Both the position numbers and the translations under genes were made by a program. From contig OZ253555.1 in NCBI GenBank assembly GCA_965262725.1, forward strand, positions 2,368,001-2,432,000: 64,000 nt of DNA. The letters run 5' to 3'. Below are positions 27,701 through 36,152 of this stretch, piece after piece. The DNA comes from Dehalococcoidia bacterium (GTDB taxonomy: Bacteria > Chloroflexota > Dehalococcoidia > UBA2979). The first letter of the stretch is position 1. Each line of letters starts with the position of its first letter. The notes beneath the pieces are model-generated. The model worked only from the letters and a program-made list of their open reading frames with translations, was not told the DNA's origin and made no database searches.

Positions 27701-30700
27701 AGCCTGGCGCTGAACACGATCATCCCCGATGTGTCGCCCGCATCGACGGTGACGCTTGTGGGCACGTCGTAGTCGGCGGTGGTCGCGCCATCCTGCCCCG
27801 TGACCGTCAGCGGAATCACAACCGAGGTGCTCGGCGCCGCGTCCAGGGTGACCGTGATCGATACGGTGCCGCCCTCGTCGACGCTATAGGTGGACTGCCC
27901 GAGGTTCACCGCCACCAGCTGCGTCGCTTCGACGTCGTTGATAGTGATGACTGTTTCGTCCGGGCTGCCCTTGACCAGGCCGGCTGTCAACATATTCATA
28001 CTGAACGTGACGGTCTCGCCGTCGTCGGTCTCGGAATCAGTTCTGGCCCGGAACTGAAACGTCCTGGCGACTTCCCCGGCGGCGAAGATGACATTGCTCG
28101 GCACGCTCCCAAAGTCCGCCGCCGTCGCGCCGCTTACGGTTGCAAGCAGATCGACGCTGACCTGTTGCCCAGGGTCACCGCCGAGCTCGACCGACACTTC
28201 CACCATCTCGCCTTCGTCGACGGTGTAGGTGGCTGATCCAAAGCTAACTTCGAGGTTGCGGGTGGCGAGGACCGAGTAATACTGCGTCGTTGTGCCGTCT
28301 TCGGCCGTGACGGTGATGCCAATCTCGGACTCACCGGTCCAGGCGGCCTCTGTTGCCACGCCCGACATGGTGTCCGGCCCGTGGGTGTTCGACATCGTCG
28401 CGCCGCTAAAGCTCGTCATCCCGGTCAGCGTGACGCTTGTCGCCGCGGCGCCGATCGTGGCCGTGTAACTGGTCGTGGCCGAGTCGAACGCGGGCGACAG
28501 CGTGATGGCGCCGTTGTTGTCGACGAAGGCCAGGGCGCCCAATGTCGCGTCGGTTGAGGCGGCCTTGTCGACGTGAATCTTGTAGATCTTGGTCCGGCTC
28601 CCATCGGGCGAGGTGACCATGAACTTGACCAGGTTGTCGCCCGGGACGAGTGGCCAGACAGCGTCGTATGCCGCGGTGTTCGTGTCCTCGTGGCCGCCGA
28701 CGTAGAGGATGCTGTCCACGGTTCCGCTGGTGCTCGGCGTCACGACTCCGGTGAGGGAGTCGATCTCGCTGTCCGCGGTTGCGGTGTAGAGGAAGCTGTA
28801 CTTGTCGAAGGTTGGAGTGAGGGCGACCGCGTTTCCGTCGGAACCGGTCAGCGTGATCGAGCTCAGCGTGCCGTCGGTCTGGGTCGTCTGGTCGTTGTTG
28901 ATAATCAGACCGGACGCGGCAGTGACGAAGCCCAGTTGCGCGTTCTCGGATGGACTGCTGAGTTCAACATTGAAGGTCTCGTCGTCCTCGTCGACAGAGT
29001 CGGCCGTGGTGGTGATAGTGACGGTCTTCTCGGTCTCGTTGGCGGCGAAGGTCAGTGTCGCGGCGGATACGCCGGTGTAGTCGGAGTCGGCGGTGGTGGC
29101 GCTGTCGTCGGCCGTGCTGTATTCGACCGTGACTGCTTCACCCAGCGCCGAGCTGAGGCTGACCGTGAACTGGACGCCCGAGCCCTCGACCGCCTGCGAT
29201 CCGGTGATCGACAAGTGAGGCTTGCCGGCTTCCAGCGGCGAATTGAGCACCATCACCAGCGCCGCTGTCAGCCCATTGGTTGATTGGCAGCCTTCATTTG
29301 GCAGAGCGGCGGAGTGGATGACACGACAGCGGTCGGCGATGCTCCAGCCCTCGTCGCTCGACGGATCTTCGTCGTCATCCTTCGTATGAAGCAGACCCAC
29401 TTCTCCCTGGACTGATTCGACGTACACGAGATAGGTCGTGTTGGCGGCCAATGTGATCGTTTCACCGGCCGGCGCGGTGAAGGTGACGGCGCCCACTCCC
29501 GTGCCGAGGCTCGAGAAGTCGGGCCGCGTCAACGTATGCAGCCTGGCGCCGGGATCGACTCCACTCGCCGAGTAGATGTGAACGTCTGCCTGGGCATTGT
29601 TGGTTCGCTTTTGGAATGACGGAAGTGTGACGCTGCCCAGGACGGCGGGCTCGGAACCAGTGGTGAATGCTTGAGTGCGTGCCTTGAATTGGCTGCGCCC
29701 GAGTGAACCGATCAACAGCCGTTCGGTCCCCGGAATCAATTGCGTGGCATTGCCGACCAGCACCGTATTGTTGGCGGTGGGCGCGCTGATGGGTGTTGCG
29801 TAGGCGTGGCTCTCGCTTGTGGGTTCCTTGTTGGACTGGCCGGCTCCGTTGTACGCCACTACCTGGACGTTGTATTCCACGCCGCCGGTCAGCCCGGTGA
29901 TGGTATGAATCCGGGTCTTCCCACCGACGACCACGTCGCGGCGCCCGGCCGAGCCATCAAGGTCATGGACCTCCGCGCCCGACTTCCACATCACGTGATA
30001 GCCGTCGGCAGCGGCGACTTCACCCCAGCGGGCCTTGATCGATTCGACTTCTTCTTCAGCGGTCACGTCTCTTGTGAGCGCGGGGTCCTTCATTGTGAGG
30101 ACGATCTCGGCGATCCTGTTGTCACTGAATTTGCCGGTGTTGCGCAAGCTCGCGATCGTGCCTTGCGGCGAAGTCGCGGTGGTGCTGCTCTCGAATTCCG
30201 TGCCGTCCAGGGTGCCGGCATCGAACGGGAACAGTTCAATGGAGATTCTGTTATTTGCGTCTAATGTGGGCCAGGTTCCACCTTGATGTAGATCGTATGC
30301 GCTGACGCCGGCGAACCAGTCCGAGGACGGATTGATCTTGACGAGGATCGTGACGCAACTGAACTCTTCCTCTATGGCGAGGTCCGGCCCCCCCTTGCCT
30401 GTGGTAGGTCCGTTTGGCGGGTTTATCGTCCAGAAGTCCTGCGCATTGCCTGCCGCGACCGCCGCGTCCAGTTCTGCCTCGAAGGCAGCGGTAGAGCCCG
30501 TCTCAGCCAACGCCTGAACACCAGCGCTGGCCGTGCCAGCTACGCTGAAGAATGACACGTCGCACTTGTGAGCCACGATGATCGTATCGCCGAATCCGGC
30601 GTCGGACGGGCGCGTGACGCCCGTAGCGAGGGCCGCCACGTTGAACTTGCCAATGACTCGTGCTTTGAACTTTCGCAGCTCCGACGGGCTGGCGGCGTCC

Positions 30701-30810
30701 GCCATGCCGGCAGTGCCCGCCAGCACGGCGAGGACCGCGAGCACGGTCGCCACCAGGAGGACCGGGAAGCACCACCGGGAGCAGACCCGCGCCAGCGTTC
30801 GACTGCTCAT
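21721..30810 (-). CDS. Giant exported adhesin (~3029 aa): signal, spondin_N-like domain, FN3, beta-sandwich domain, Calx-beta, 2 cadherin-like domains, long Calx-beta-like array, shared C-terminal module
   Basis: ATG at 30810 with GGGGAG RBS and a hydrophobic leader ending ADA. Spondin motif INPSSDWFAGV...LFPFDAGT. About 15 repeats of VxFxxxxYxVxEG...DDxDDDxESVxIxF...ITDDD. Confidence 0.9.
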   Translation of the reverse strand: MSSRTLARVCSRWCFPVLLVATVLAVLAVLAGTAGMADAASPSELRKFKARVIGKFNVAALATGVTRPSDAGFGDTIIVAHKCDVSFFSVAGTASAGVQALAETGSTAAFEAELDAAVAAGNAQDFWTINPPNGPTTGKGGPDLAIEEEFSCVTILVKINPSSDWFAGVSAYDLHQGGTWPTLDANNRISIELFPFDAGTLDGTEFESSTTATSPQGTIASLRNTGKFSDNRIAEIVLTMKDPALTRDVTAEEEVESIKARWGEVAAADGYHVMWKSGAEVHDLDGSAGRRDVVVGGKTRIHTITGLTGGVEYNVQVVAYNGAGQSNKEPTSESHAYATPISAPTANNTVLVGNATQLIPGTERLLIGSLGRSQFKARTQAFTTGSEPAVLGSVTLPSFQKRTNNAQADVHIYSASGVDPGARLHTLTRPDFSSLGTGVGAVTFTAPAGETITLAANTTYLVYVESVQGEVGLLHTKDDDEDPSSDEGWSIADRCRVIHSAALPNEGCQSTNGLTAALVMVLNSPLEAGKPHLSITGSQAVEGSGVQFTVSLSSALGEAVTVEYSTADDSATTADSDYTGVSAATLTFAANETEKTVTITTTADSVDEDDETFNVELSSPSENAQLGFVTAASGLIINNDQTTQTDGTLSSITLTGSDGNAVALTPTFDKYSFLYTATADSEIDSLTGVVTPSTSGTVDSILYVGGHEDTNTAAYDAVWPLVPGDNLVKFMVTSPDGSRTKIYKIHVDKAASTDATLGALAFVDNNGAITLSPAFDSATTSYTATIGAAATSVTLTGMTSFSGATMSNTHGPDTMSGVATEAAWTGESEIGITVTAEDGTTTQYYSVLATRNLEVSFGSATYTVDEGEMVEVSVELGGDPGQQVSVDLLATVSGATAADFGSVPSNVIFAAGEVARTFQFRARTDSETDDGETVTFSMNMLTAGLVKGSPDETVITINDVEATQLVAVNLGQSTYSVDEGGTVSITVTLDAAPSTSVVIPLTVTGQDGATTADYDVPTSVTVDAGDTSGMIVFSARLDSVRDTGESVKIELGALPPGYAVGTTFETAVSIADVAATVNFGAATYEGGERDNPNTPLNETEVTVTVTLSPALGSPVTIPLMATGKGGATVADYSLSDTSVTFEAGATAKTVIFTPNNDDVDDDDEWVLIEFGTLPAGVGAGTTYATTTVSIEDNDNPVLKVGFKEGTYSVSEGDYIDLMMELTAPPERLITITLQSTAETTATIDDYTVDPVVVEFAATATLATVRFTAANDSFNDDGEFVELEPDLGLPNRVGLGDHFITIVTIDDTDVPAVMVSFEHATYVVDEGESVDVKVKLSADPERTVVIPISRSEANIGSGDYSGVPMTVSFASGETEKIISFIATEDTENDDGESLLLGFGPLPLPDSVSLGTYSQSTVSITDDDVPAVTVSFEEDSYTVAESDDTTTPVKENEVAVKVKLSAAPERTVVIPISRSEANIGSGDYSGVPMTVSFASGDTEKTITFKATHDTDNDDGESVTLGFDTDNLPDGVTEGTTNVATVSITDDDFPSIKVNFERDSYTVAESDDTTTPVKENEVAVKVKLSAAPERQVTIPFTITSDTAGSTDYSTPMSVTFEANDMEKTFTFTAEHDSTDDEGESVKIAFSSSLPTGITAGDTPETVVSITDDDVPNVTVKFDPSTYDAPEGGDITVTVLVSPAPQRQVTIPLTATPDRATAADYTLVDQSVTFSATDTSKGITFTAANDNVSDDGESVTIGFGSSLPAGVTAGTPSEATVTIIDNIVDVVADFELATYTAAEGATVAITVTLNKDPERMVSIPLTSSGQDGATGDDYSDFPASVSFIVGQTSETFAFTVDSDDVDDDDESVVIGFDTLPTGVTAGTIAETTVNITDDDVPMVMVSFEKDSYTVAESDDPDTPDVKEHKVTVKVLLSADPERTVEVPLTASGQDGATDPADPPDPTDPADYTIPDDVTFGPGETSKTFELTAAGDDVDDDDESVKIEFGTITDLRVSKASPAETTVAIADDDHPSVKVSFSHAMHTVAEGAAVDLTVSLDVDPERELIIQLVPKFDGGATDADYTGVPTSVTLSTDKRSETITFMTVDDSEDDDDDQVTIGFGTMPDDRVSAGDVPSTEISITDDDDPQVTVKFGAATYIVPEGGSASVTVHLSAAPERTVTIPLTETPMNGISDGDYDGVPTNVAFAVDQTEAMFTVTAPADEEDDDDESVEIRFGELPDGVTAPDPSTGDPSTTTVAIVDGNVPDVMVKIEAASETVAEGESVIVTVTLDQAPERAVTVPLTITPVGTYSADDVDEPLPTSVEFPENQRSKSFTINAKDDDIDDDDEGLTIGLGTLPSRVSAGSPSEATIGITDNDDPEVTVGFEQAEYTVPEGMSQAIQINLSADPEREVTIALEFTTEADGATADDYSMDPDTDPLTLTFEPGGTEQSFTFTSTQDTDDDDGEIVTITFNGSLPHRVTGGSPDEAVVTIKPRPAIGTGGGGGGGPTGPAPSIIDFEWNVARDIEALEPGNDRPTGMWSYGNMLYIADNGDGADDAVYVYDLATGERVEEREFALDTANRAPRGFWSDDVTVWVSDSGQNRLFAHDLATGDRLRARDLVLAERNRDARGIWSDGKTMWVLDDGKNSLFAYDLGSGDLLAEYALDASNGDPHGIWSDGVGVWVSDDGAKRLIAYRLPTLPDDEQASNEENKELERVSDEDFKELSGARNNSPRGIWSDGDVMYVADASDGKVYSYNIPDPIDARLASLTLGGVDIGEFSSNQTEYEGVAADGVTETTVEAEAVQPAATVAIEPPDSDEAADGRQAAVAGGTEITITVTSADESRTKIYRVRFGDAAGVPSTAACLRGAVSVGFSLLVYAGGSVEELVACAQSRHATALYTLNDGGYVPYIFGAPDFVNSSFGELFAGGVPATTPLIIKSEGPPSPAPASDAVPEFGADCLRGEIASGFSLLLYEGGSVEDLDSCAQGTNVSAVYALIDGEYVPYILGAPEFVNEAFRELFPEGIAPATPLIAKSD
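26063..26796. repeat. Recent intragenic duplication with 369-bp period
   Basis: 26063-26145 equals 26432-26514 (83 bp), and 26327-26427 equals 26696-26796 (101 bp). Confidence 0.85.
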
Positions 30811-31374
30811 GCATGCTCCCCGACGGTGCTCACAGCGCGCAATCCACCCCGGGGCCGCGAGGGCTGCTCCGGCCAGAACGGCGTTATCAACGTCGCGATT
30901 CTCAGCAGCGGCGAGGTGCAACCCAATCGATATCCATGACGCGGTGTTCTTCGCAGTTGGCCGCTCACGCCCTCTCTTCGAGAGCACTCACGGTTCTGGC
31001 GGCCCGAGCGTCCGAGGCGACTCGCACACGACGGAGCGGCTCGACCGAACCTGGTGGGTGGCTGAGCCGGTGCGAATCCGCATCGGATCGGCCCTAATCG
31101 TACGGCTATGAGGGATAGCGTCAATCCGGCGTACTATCATTTCGCAGCGTACTGTGAGGTCGGCTTTCACGGACTCGAACCGTGGGCCTACCGCTCACCG
31201 GCCGACTGAGCGAGCGCTCCGAGTCACGGCGCGGCATGGGAGGCGGCGCGCCGCTTACCCGAGGGCGTCCCACAGTTGCGATAGGCGAGGCATCAGGGGT
31301 GAGGCTCCGTTCGGCAGGCGCATCACCGGCGGCGATCCCCTGGCGTCCGCAGCGCAGGGGAGTGGGAAGAACCC

Positions 31375-31562
31375 TCCGACGAGGACAGAGCACTCGGGCG
31401 CGTCGCTGATGAGGATTTCAAGGAGCTGAGCGGCGCAGCAACAACAGCCCGCGCGGCATCCGGTCCGATGGCGACATGATGTACGTCGCCGACCAGAGCG
31501 ACGGCTGGGTCTACACGTACAACATGCCCGACACCATCGACGCGCGATGGCGATCCCTCGCC
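31375..31562 (+). pseudogene. Orphan frameshifted fragment of the shared module (last blade)
   Basis: DEDRALGRVADEDFKELSG / NNSPRGIRSDGDMMYVADQSDGWVYTYNMPDTIDAR. Confidence 0.8.
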
Positions 31563-31922
31563 AGTCGCTGTGTCCGCCGCAGCGACGTCCGAGCCGGTGC
31601 CGACCGCGACACGCGAGCCCGCGACGACGCCGACTGCGGCGCCGGAGCAGCGCCAGCGCCTCGCTCCGATGCCTCCTACGCGGTCATCCCGTCCGCCAGC
31701 CCGCCGGCCTGGGGAAGAAGATCTCAATGCGATGCCCCGGTCTCGGGCCCGCGGAGCTTCGGAGGTTCACCTGTCGCTCACCGTCTGCCTGACGCACGAG
31801 CGGGGGAACAACTCCTGCAAGGTCTACTGTGAGCACACCTTCGTTGTGACTCCCCTATATCGTGCTGGCAGATAGTCCGTCAGCCGGAGGCATCGTCCCT
31901 CCGCCTGCCCGGAGGTACCGGC

Positions 31923-34900
31923 ATGGGCGTGGCTCGCGCATCGCTGTGGCTGCTGGCCCTGGTCGCGCTCTCGGCTGCCCTGCTCACCCTCCAACCCCGG
32001 TCGGCCGCCTTCGCCGCTCACTGCTCGGGGACCAGCTACCACCCGGATCCGACGACCGTCACGGTGGATGCCGTGCCCATCGTGGCCGAGTCGACCACCG
32101 ACGGGTACTTCGCGCTCTACGTGAAGCACGACGTGGACGGCACGGAGGTGGAGCTGCCGGTCTTGGTCAAGCGGGGCGAAGCCGGCACGACCACACTCGC
32201 CGAGAACGTGGAGGCGCTGCCCGCCGAGCGCTACCGCGTGGAGAAGTACCTCATCGCCGATCCGGCCGACGTCGACGGTGACTGCATCGACGACATCACC
32301 GAACTTGCCGATCCGGTCGGGATGAACCCGGTGAACCCTGCCCCCGCCGTCGCACTCAACGACGGTGCCGTGGTCATTTCCGATCGGGACACGTTCGAGG
32401 CGTTGGCCGTTTCCTCGCGCCTGAAATTCATTGCGTTCGACGTAGCAACCGACCGACCGGTTCTCTATTTCCTGAACACCAAGACTCACGACAACCACAT
32501 CAGCTTCCTGGATGCTGTAGGTTTGGATTTTGATCTTGACGCGTACCGGGGGGACATCTCCTATGACCCCACACAGGTTGCCTCTGATGGCAGTCTCGGA
32601 GCCTACTACTACAACAGCACCCTAAATAAGAGCTATCCTCTCAACGTCGAAACGCGTCTCTATACAATACTGGCCGCCAGCCTGCCACTGATCGAGAAGA
32701 ATATCTCTCTCTATATACCCAACCAGAAGCTTCCGACGACTCGGCACGTCGTGCCATTGTTGAGGGAATCCCGTATTCCGCTTCTGTTCACCGAAGACGT
32801 CATTCCCGGAGGGAATTTTCTTGCCTTGAACCCGGGTGAAGGATACGGGCGACTGCAGGTCCTGAACCCGGACGACCGGCCCCACCCGCGCGACGTGGTG
32901 ATCTACGAGGCGCTTCCCAACGAACTGCCCCGCGTCGCCGGCATCATCTCCACAGTGCCCCAAACCCCGTTGTCGCACGTCAACCTGCGCGCCATCCAGG
33001 ACGGCGTGCCCAACGCCTTTGTCCGGGACGCGCTCGACGAGCCCGGCATCGACGGCCTCATAGGCAGCTACGTCCGCTACGTGGTGACCGACAGTGGCTG
33101 GGATCTGCGTGCGGCCACGCTTGCGGAGGTGGAGGCCCACTACGAGGAGTCACGGCCCGCCCACACCCAGACCCCGGAACGCGACCTCGCCGTCACTGAG
33201 ATCACGCCCTTGAGTGAGATTGGCTTCGGCGGCTCGGATGCCTTCGGCGTCAAGGCGGCCAACGTTGCCGTCCTTGGGAAGCGCGGTCTTCCCGAGGGGA
33301 CGGTCCCGGACGGCTTCGCCATCCCGTTTTACTTTTATGACGAGTTCATGAAGCACAACAACTTCTACGAACGCATCGAAACCATGCTCGCCGACCCCGA
33401 CTTCCAGTCGGACTTCGACGTCCAGGACGACATGCTCGACGATCTGCGCGAAGACATCGAGGGCGCGGACACGCCCCAGTGGATACTCGCGGCACTGGCG
33501 ACGATGAACGAGGGGTTCCCCGCGGGCATCAACCGTCGCTACCGCTCCAGCACCAACAACGAGGACCTGCCGGGGTTCAACGGCGCGGGACTGTACGACT
33601 CCAAGTCCCAGAAGCCGGATGAAGACGAGGACGACGGCCTCGACAAGTCGCTCAAAGAGGTCTACGCGAGCCTCTGGAACTTCCGCGCCTTCACCGAGCG
33701 CGAGTTCCACCGCATCGATCATCTGGCGGCCGCGATGGGGATCCTTGTGCACCCCAGCTACCAGGACGAACTGGCCAACGGCGTCGCCGTCACCTTTGAC
33801 CCTCTGTCAGTCAACTACGACAGATATTATGTGAATACGCAGCTTGGCGAGGATCTGGTGACCAATCCCGAGGCCCACTCGACGCCCGAGGAGCTCCTGC
33901 TACGAAAATCCGGTTCCCTCTACGTCGTCCTGGCCACCTCCAACCTGTTGGACCCGGGGGAGCTCCTGATGAGCTACACGCAGCTGCGCCGGTTGCGCGA
34001 TCACCTCACCGTGATCCACGACGACTTCCACGGGCTGTACAACCCCGGCCCCGGCGACCCGTTCGCCATGGAGATCGAGTTCAAGATCACCAGCGAGGGT
34101 GTCCTGGCGATCAAGCAGGCCCGGCCCTGGGTCTTCGGCGGCGCCTCCACGGTGGTGAAGCCTCCCGTCACGCCGGTGTCGGTCGGCTTCGGGGCCAGCA
34201 GCTACACCGTGGCGGAGGGCGAGAGCGTGCCGGTGGTCGTCTCGCTGAGCGCCGATCCCGAACGCACCCTGACGATCCCGCTCACCCCGAGGGAGCAGGG
34301 CGGCGCCTCCAGCGCCGATCACTCGGGTATCCCGGCGAGCGTGACGTTCGTGAGCGGTGTGACGTCGCGCATGGTCGATGTCAGCGCAGCAGCGGATGGC
34401 GAGGCGGACGCCGGCGAGAGTGTGTGGATCGGCTTTGGCGCCCTGCCGGCAGGCGTCACGGTTGGCGGCAGGCCCACGACCACAATCGCCATCACGGACA
34501 GTGGCGCCCCCCCTGTCGAGCCCCCCGTGACGGTGATTCTCGGGGGAGGTGGCGGCGGTGGCGGACCGTCCGGACCAACGCCGAGCGACGTCGACTTCGA
34601 GTGGAACGTCACCCGCGACATCGAGGAGCTCGACGGCGACCACGGTTCGCCCACCGGCGCCTGGTCCGACGACACGACGCTCTGGCTCGCCGAGAACGCC
34701 GACGGCGCCGACGACGCCGTCTACGCCTACGACCTCGCCACGGGCGAACGCGTCGAGGAGCTCGAGTTCGAGCTCGACGACGCCAACCTCGCGCCTCGTG
34801 GGGTCTGGTCCGACCTCCGCACCATCTGGATCTCCGACAGCGGCAAGGACAAGCTCTTCGCACACGACCTGGGTAGCGGCGAGCGCCTCCCCGACTCCGA

Positions 34901-36152
34901 CCTCGCACTGCACCCCGACAACGACGACCCGCGCGGCATCTGGTCCGACGGCTCGACGATGTGGGTGCTCGATGGCCGCGACGACGCCCTCTTCGGCTAC
35001 GACCTCGTAAGCGGCGAGCTGCTCGCGGGGTACGCCCTGCACGACGACAACGGCGACCCGCACGGCATCTGGTCCGACGGCGTCAGCGCCTGGGTCTCCG
35101 ATGACGGCGCCAGGCGCCTCTTCGCCTACCGTCTGCCCTCGATCGCTCAGGAAGAGGCGGGCGAGGACGAGGACCTCGCGCTCGAACGTGTGCGCGACGA
35201 GGAGTTCTGGAAGCTCCCCCGCGTCAGCAACAACAGCCCGCGCGGTCTCTGGTCGGATGGCGACGTCATGTACGTCGCCGACGAGAACGACGACAAGGTC
35301 TACAGCTACAACATGCCCGACGCGATCGACGCGCGGCTCGCCTCGCTCACCCTGAGCGATGTGGAGATCGGCAAGTTCTCAGGCAGCCGGGCGGAGTATG
35401 CGGGAGTCGCCGCGGACGGTGCGACGGCGACGACGGTCGAGGCGGAGGGGAGGCAGTCCGGCGCGACGGTCGTGGTGGGGCCCCCCGACAGCGACGGGGG
35501 CACCGACGGCCACCAGGCAACCGTGGACGCCGGCTCGGAGATCACGGTGACCGTGACCTCCCCCGACGAGAGCCGCATGCGCGTCTACCGCGTGCGCATC
35601 GGCGGCGCGGCGGAGCAACTGGCAGCGCCCGCCTGCCTGAGCGGGAGCATCGACGTCGGCTTCAGCCTCGTCATCTCCGCGGCCGGCAGCGTCGGGGACC
35701 TCGTCTCCTGCGCGCAGGGCCGCGACGCCACCGCCGTCTACGCGCTGCACGACGGCGGATACGTGCCCTACATCCTCGGTGCGCCCGAGTTCGTGAACCG
35801 GTCCTTCCGCGAACTCTACGCCGACGGCCTCCCCTCCTTCACGCCGCTGATTGCGAAGAGCGAGGGGCCGCCCTCGCCCGCGCCTGCGAGTGACGGCGTG
35901 CCGGAGTTCGGGCCGGAGTGCCTGCGCGGCGAGATCGCCGTCGGCTTCAGCCTCGTGCTCTACGGGGGCGGCACCGTCGACGAGCTGAAGACGTGCGTGG
36001 AGAGCCGCGACGCCACCGCCGTCTACGCGCTGCACGACGGCGGATACGTGCCCTACATCCTCGGTGCGCCTGAGTTCGTGAACCGCGGCTTCAGGGAGTT
36101 GTTCCTCGAGGGCCTCGCCCCGGTCACCCCGCTGATCGCCAAGCGCGACTGA
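31923..36152 (+). CDS. Exported PEP/pyruvate-binding (PPDK_N, ATP-grasp) dikinase-like protein with Calx-beta and the shared C-terminal module
   Basis: GGAGG RBS; signal peptide ending AFA. His motif QTPLSHVNLRA. ATP-grasp motifs FGVKAAN, VPDGFAIP, RSSTNNEDLPGFNGAGLYDS, MEIEFK...KQARP. Confidence 0.88.
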   Translation: MGVARASLWLLALVALSAALLTLQPRSAAFAAHCSGTSYHPDPTTVTVDAVPIVAESTTDGYFALYVKHDVDGTEVELPVLVKRGEAGTTTLAENVEALPAERYRVEKYLIADPADVDGDCIDDITELADPVGMNPVNPAPAVALNDGAVVISDRDTFEALAVSSRLKFIAFDVATDRPVLYFLNTKTHDNHISFLDAVGLDFDLDAYRGDISYDPTQVASDGSLGAYYYNSTLNKSYPLNVETRLYTILAASLPLIEKNISLYIPNQKLPTTRHVVPLLRESRIPLLFTEDVIPGGNFLALNPGEGYGRLQVLNPDDRPHPRDVVIYEALPNELPRVAGIISTVPQTPLSHVNLRAIQDGVPNAFVRDALDEPGIDGLIGSYVRYVVTDSGWDLRAATLAEVEAHYEESRPAHTQTPERDLAVTEITPLSEIGFGGSDAFGVKAANVAVLGKRGLPEGTVPDGFAIPFYFYDEFMKHNNFYERIETMLADPDFQSDFDVQDDMLDDLREDIEGADTPQWILAALATMNEGFPAGINRRYRSSTNNEDLPGFNGAGLYDSKSQKPDEDEDDGLDKSLKEVYASLWNFRAFTEREFHRIDHLAAAMGILVHPSYQDELANGVAVTFDPLSVNYDRYYVNTQLGEDLVTNPEAHSTPEELLLRKSGSLYVVLATSNLLDPGELLMSYTQLRRLRDHLTVIHDDFHGLYNPGPGDPFAMEIEFKITSEGVLAIKQARPWVFGGASTVVKPPVTPVSVGFGASSYTVAEGESVPVVVSLSADPERTLTIPLTPREQGGASSADHSGIPASVTFVSGVTSRMVDVSAAADGEADAGESVWIGFGALPAGVTVGGRPTTTIAITDSGAPPVEPPVTVILGGGGGGGGPSGPTPSDVDFEWNVTRDIEELDGDHGSPTGAWSDDTTLWLAENADGADDAVYAYDLATGERVEELEFELDDANLAPRGVWSDLRTIWISDSGKDKLFAHDLGSGERLPDSDLALHPDNDDPRGIWSDGSTMWVLDGRDDALFGYDLVSGELLAGYALHDDNGDPHGIWSDGVSAWVSDDGARRLFAYRLPSIAQEEAGEDEDLALERVRDEEFWKLPRVSNNSPRGLWSDGDVMYVADENDDKVYSYNMPDAIDARLASLTLSDVEIGKFSGSRAEYAGVAADGATATTVEAEGRQSGATVVVGPPDSDGGTDGHQATVDAGSEITVTVTSPDESRMRVYRVRIGGAAEQLAAPACLSGSIDVGFSLVISAAGSVGDLVSCAQGRDATAVYALHDGGYVPYILGAPEFVNRSFRELYADGLPSFTPLIAKSEGPPSPAPASDGVPEFGPECLRGEIAVGFSLVLYGGGTVDELKTCVESRDATAVYALHDGGYVPYILGAPEFVNRGFRELFLEGLAPVTPLIAKRD

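Noticed and set aside
31092-31114. Shared CCTCATA...CGATTAG motif with 63554-63568
   Set aside because: Spacing differs and there are only two instances, so chance cannot be excluded.
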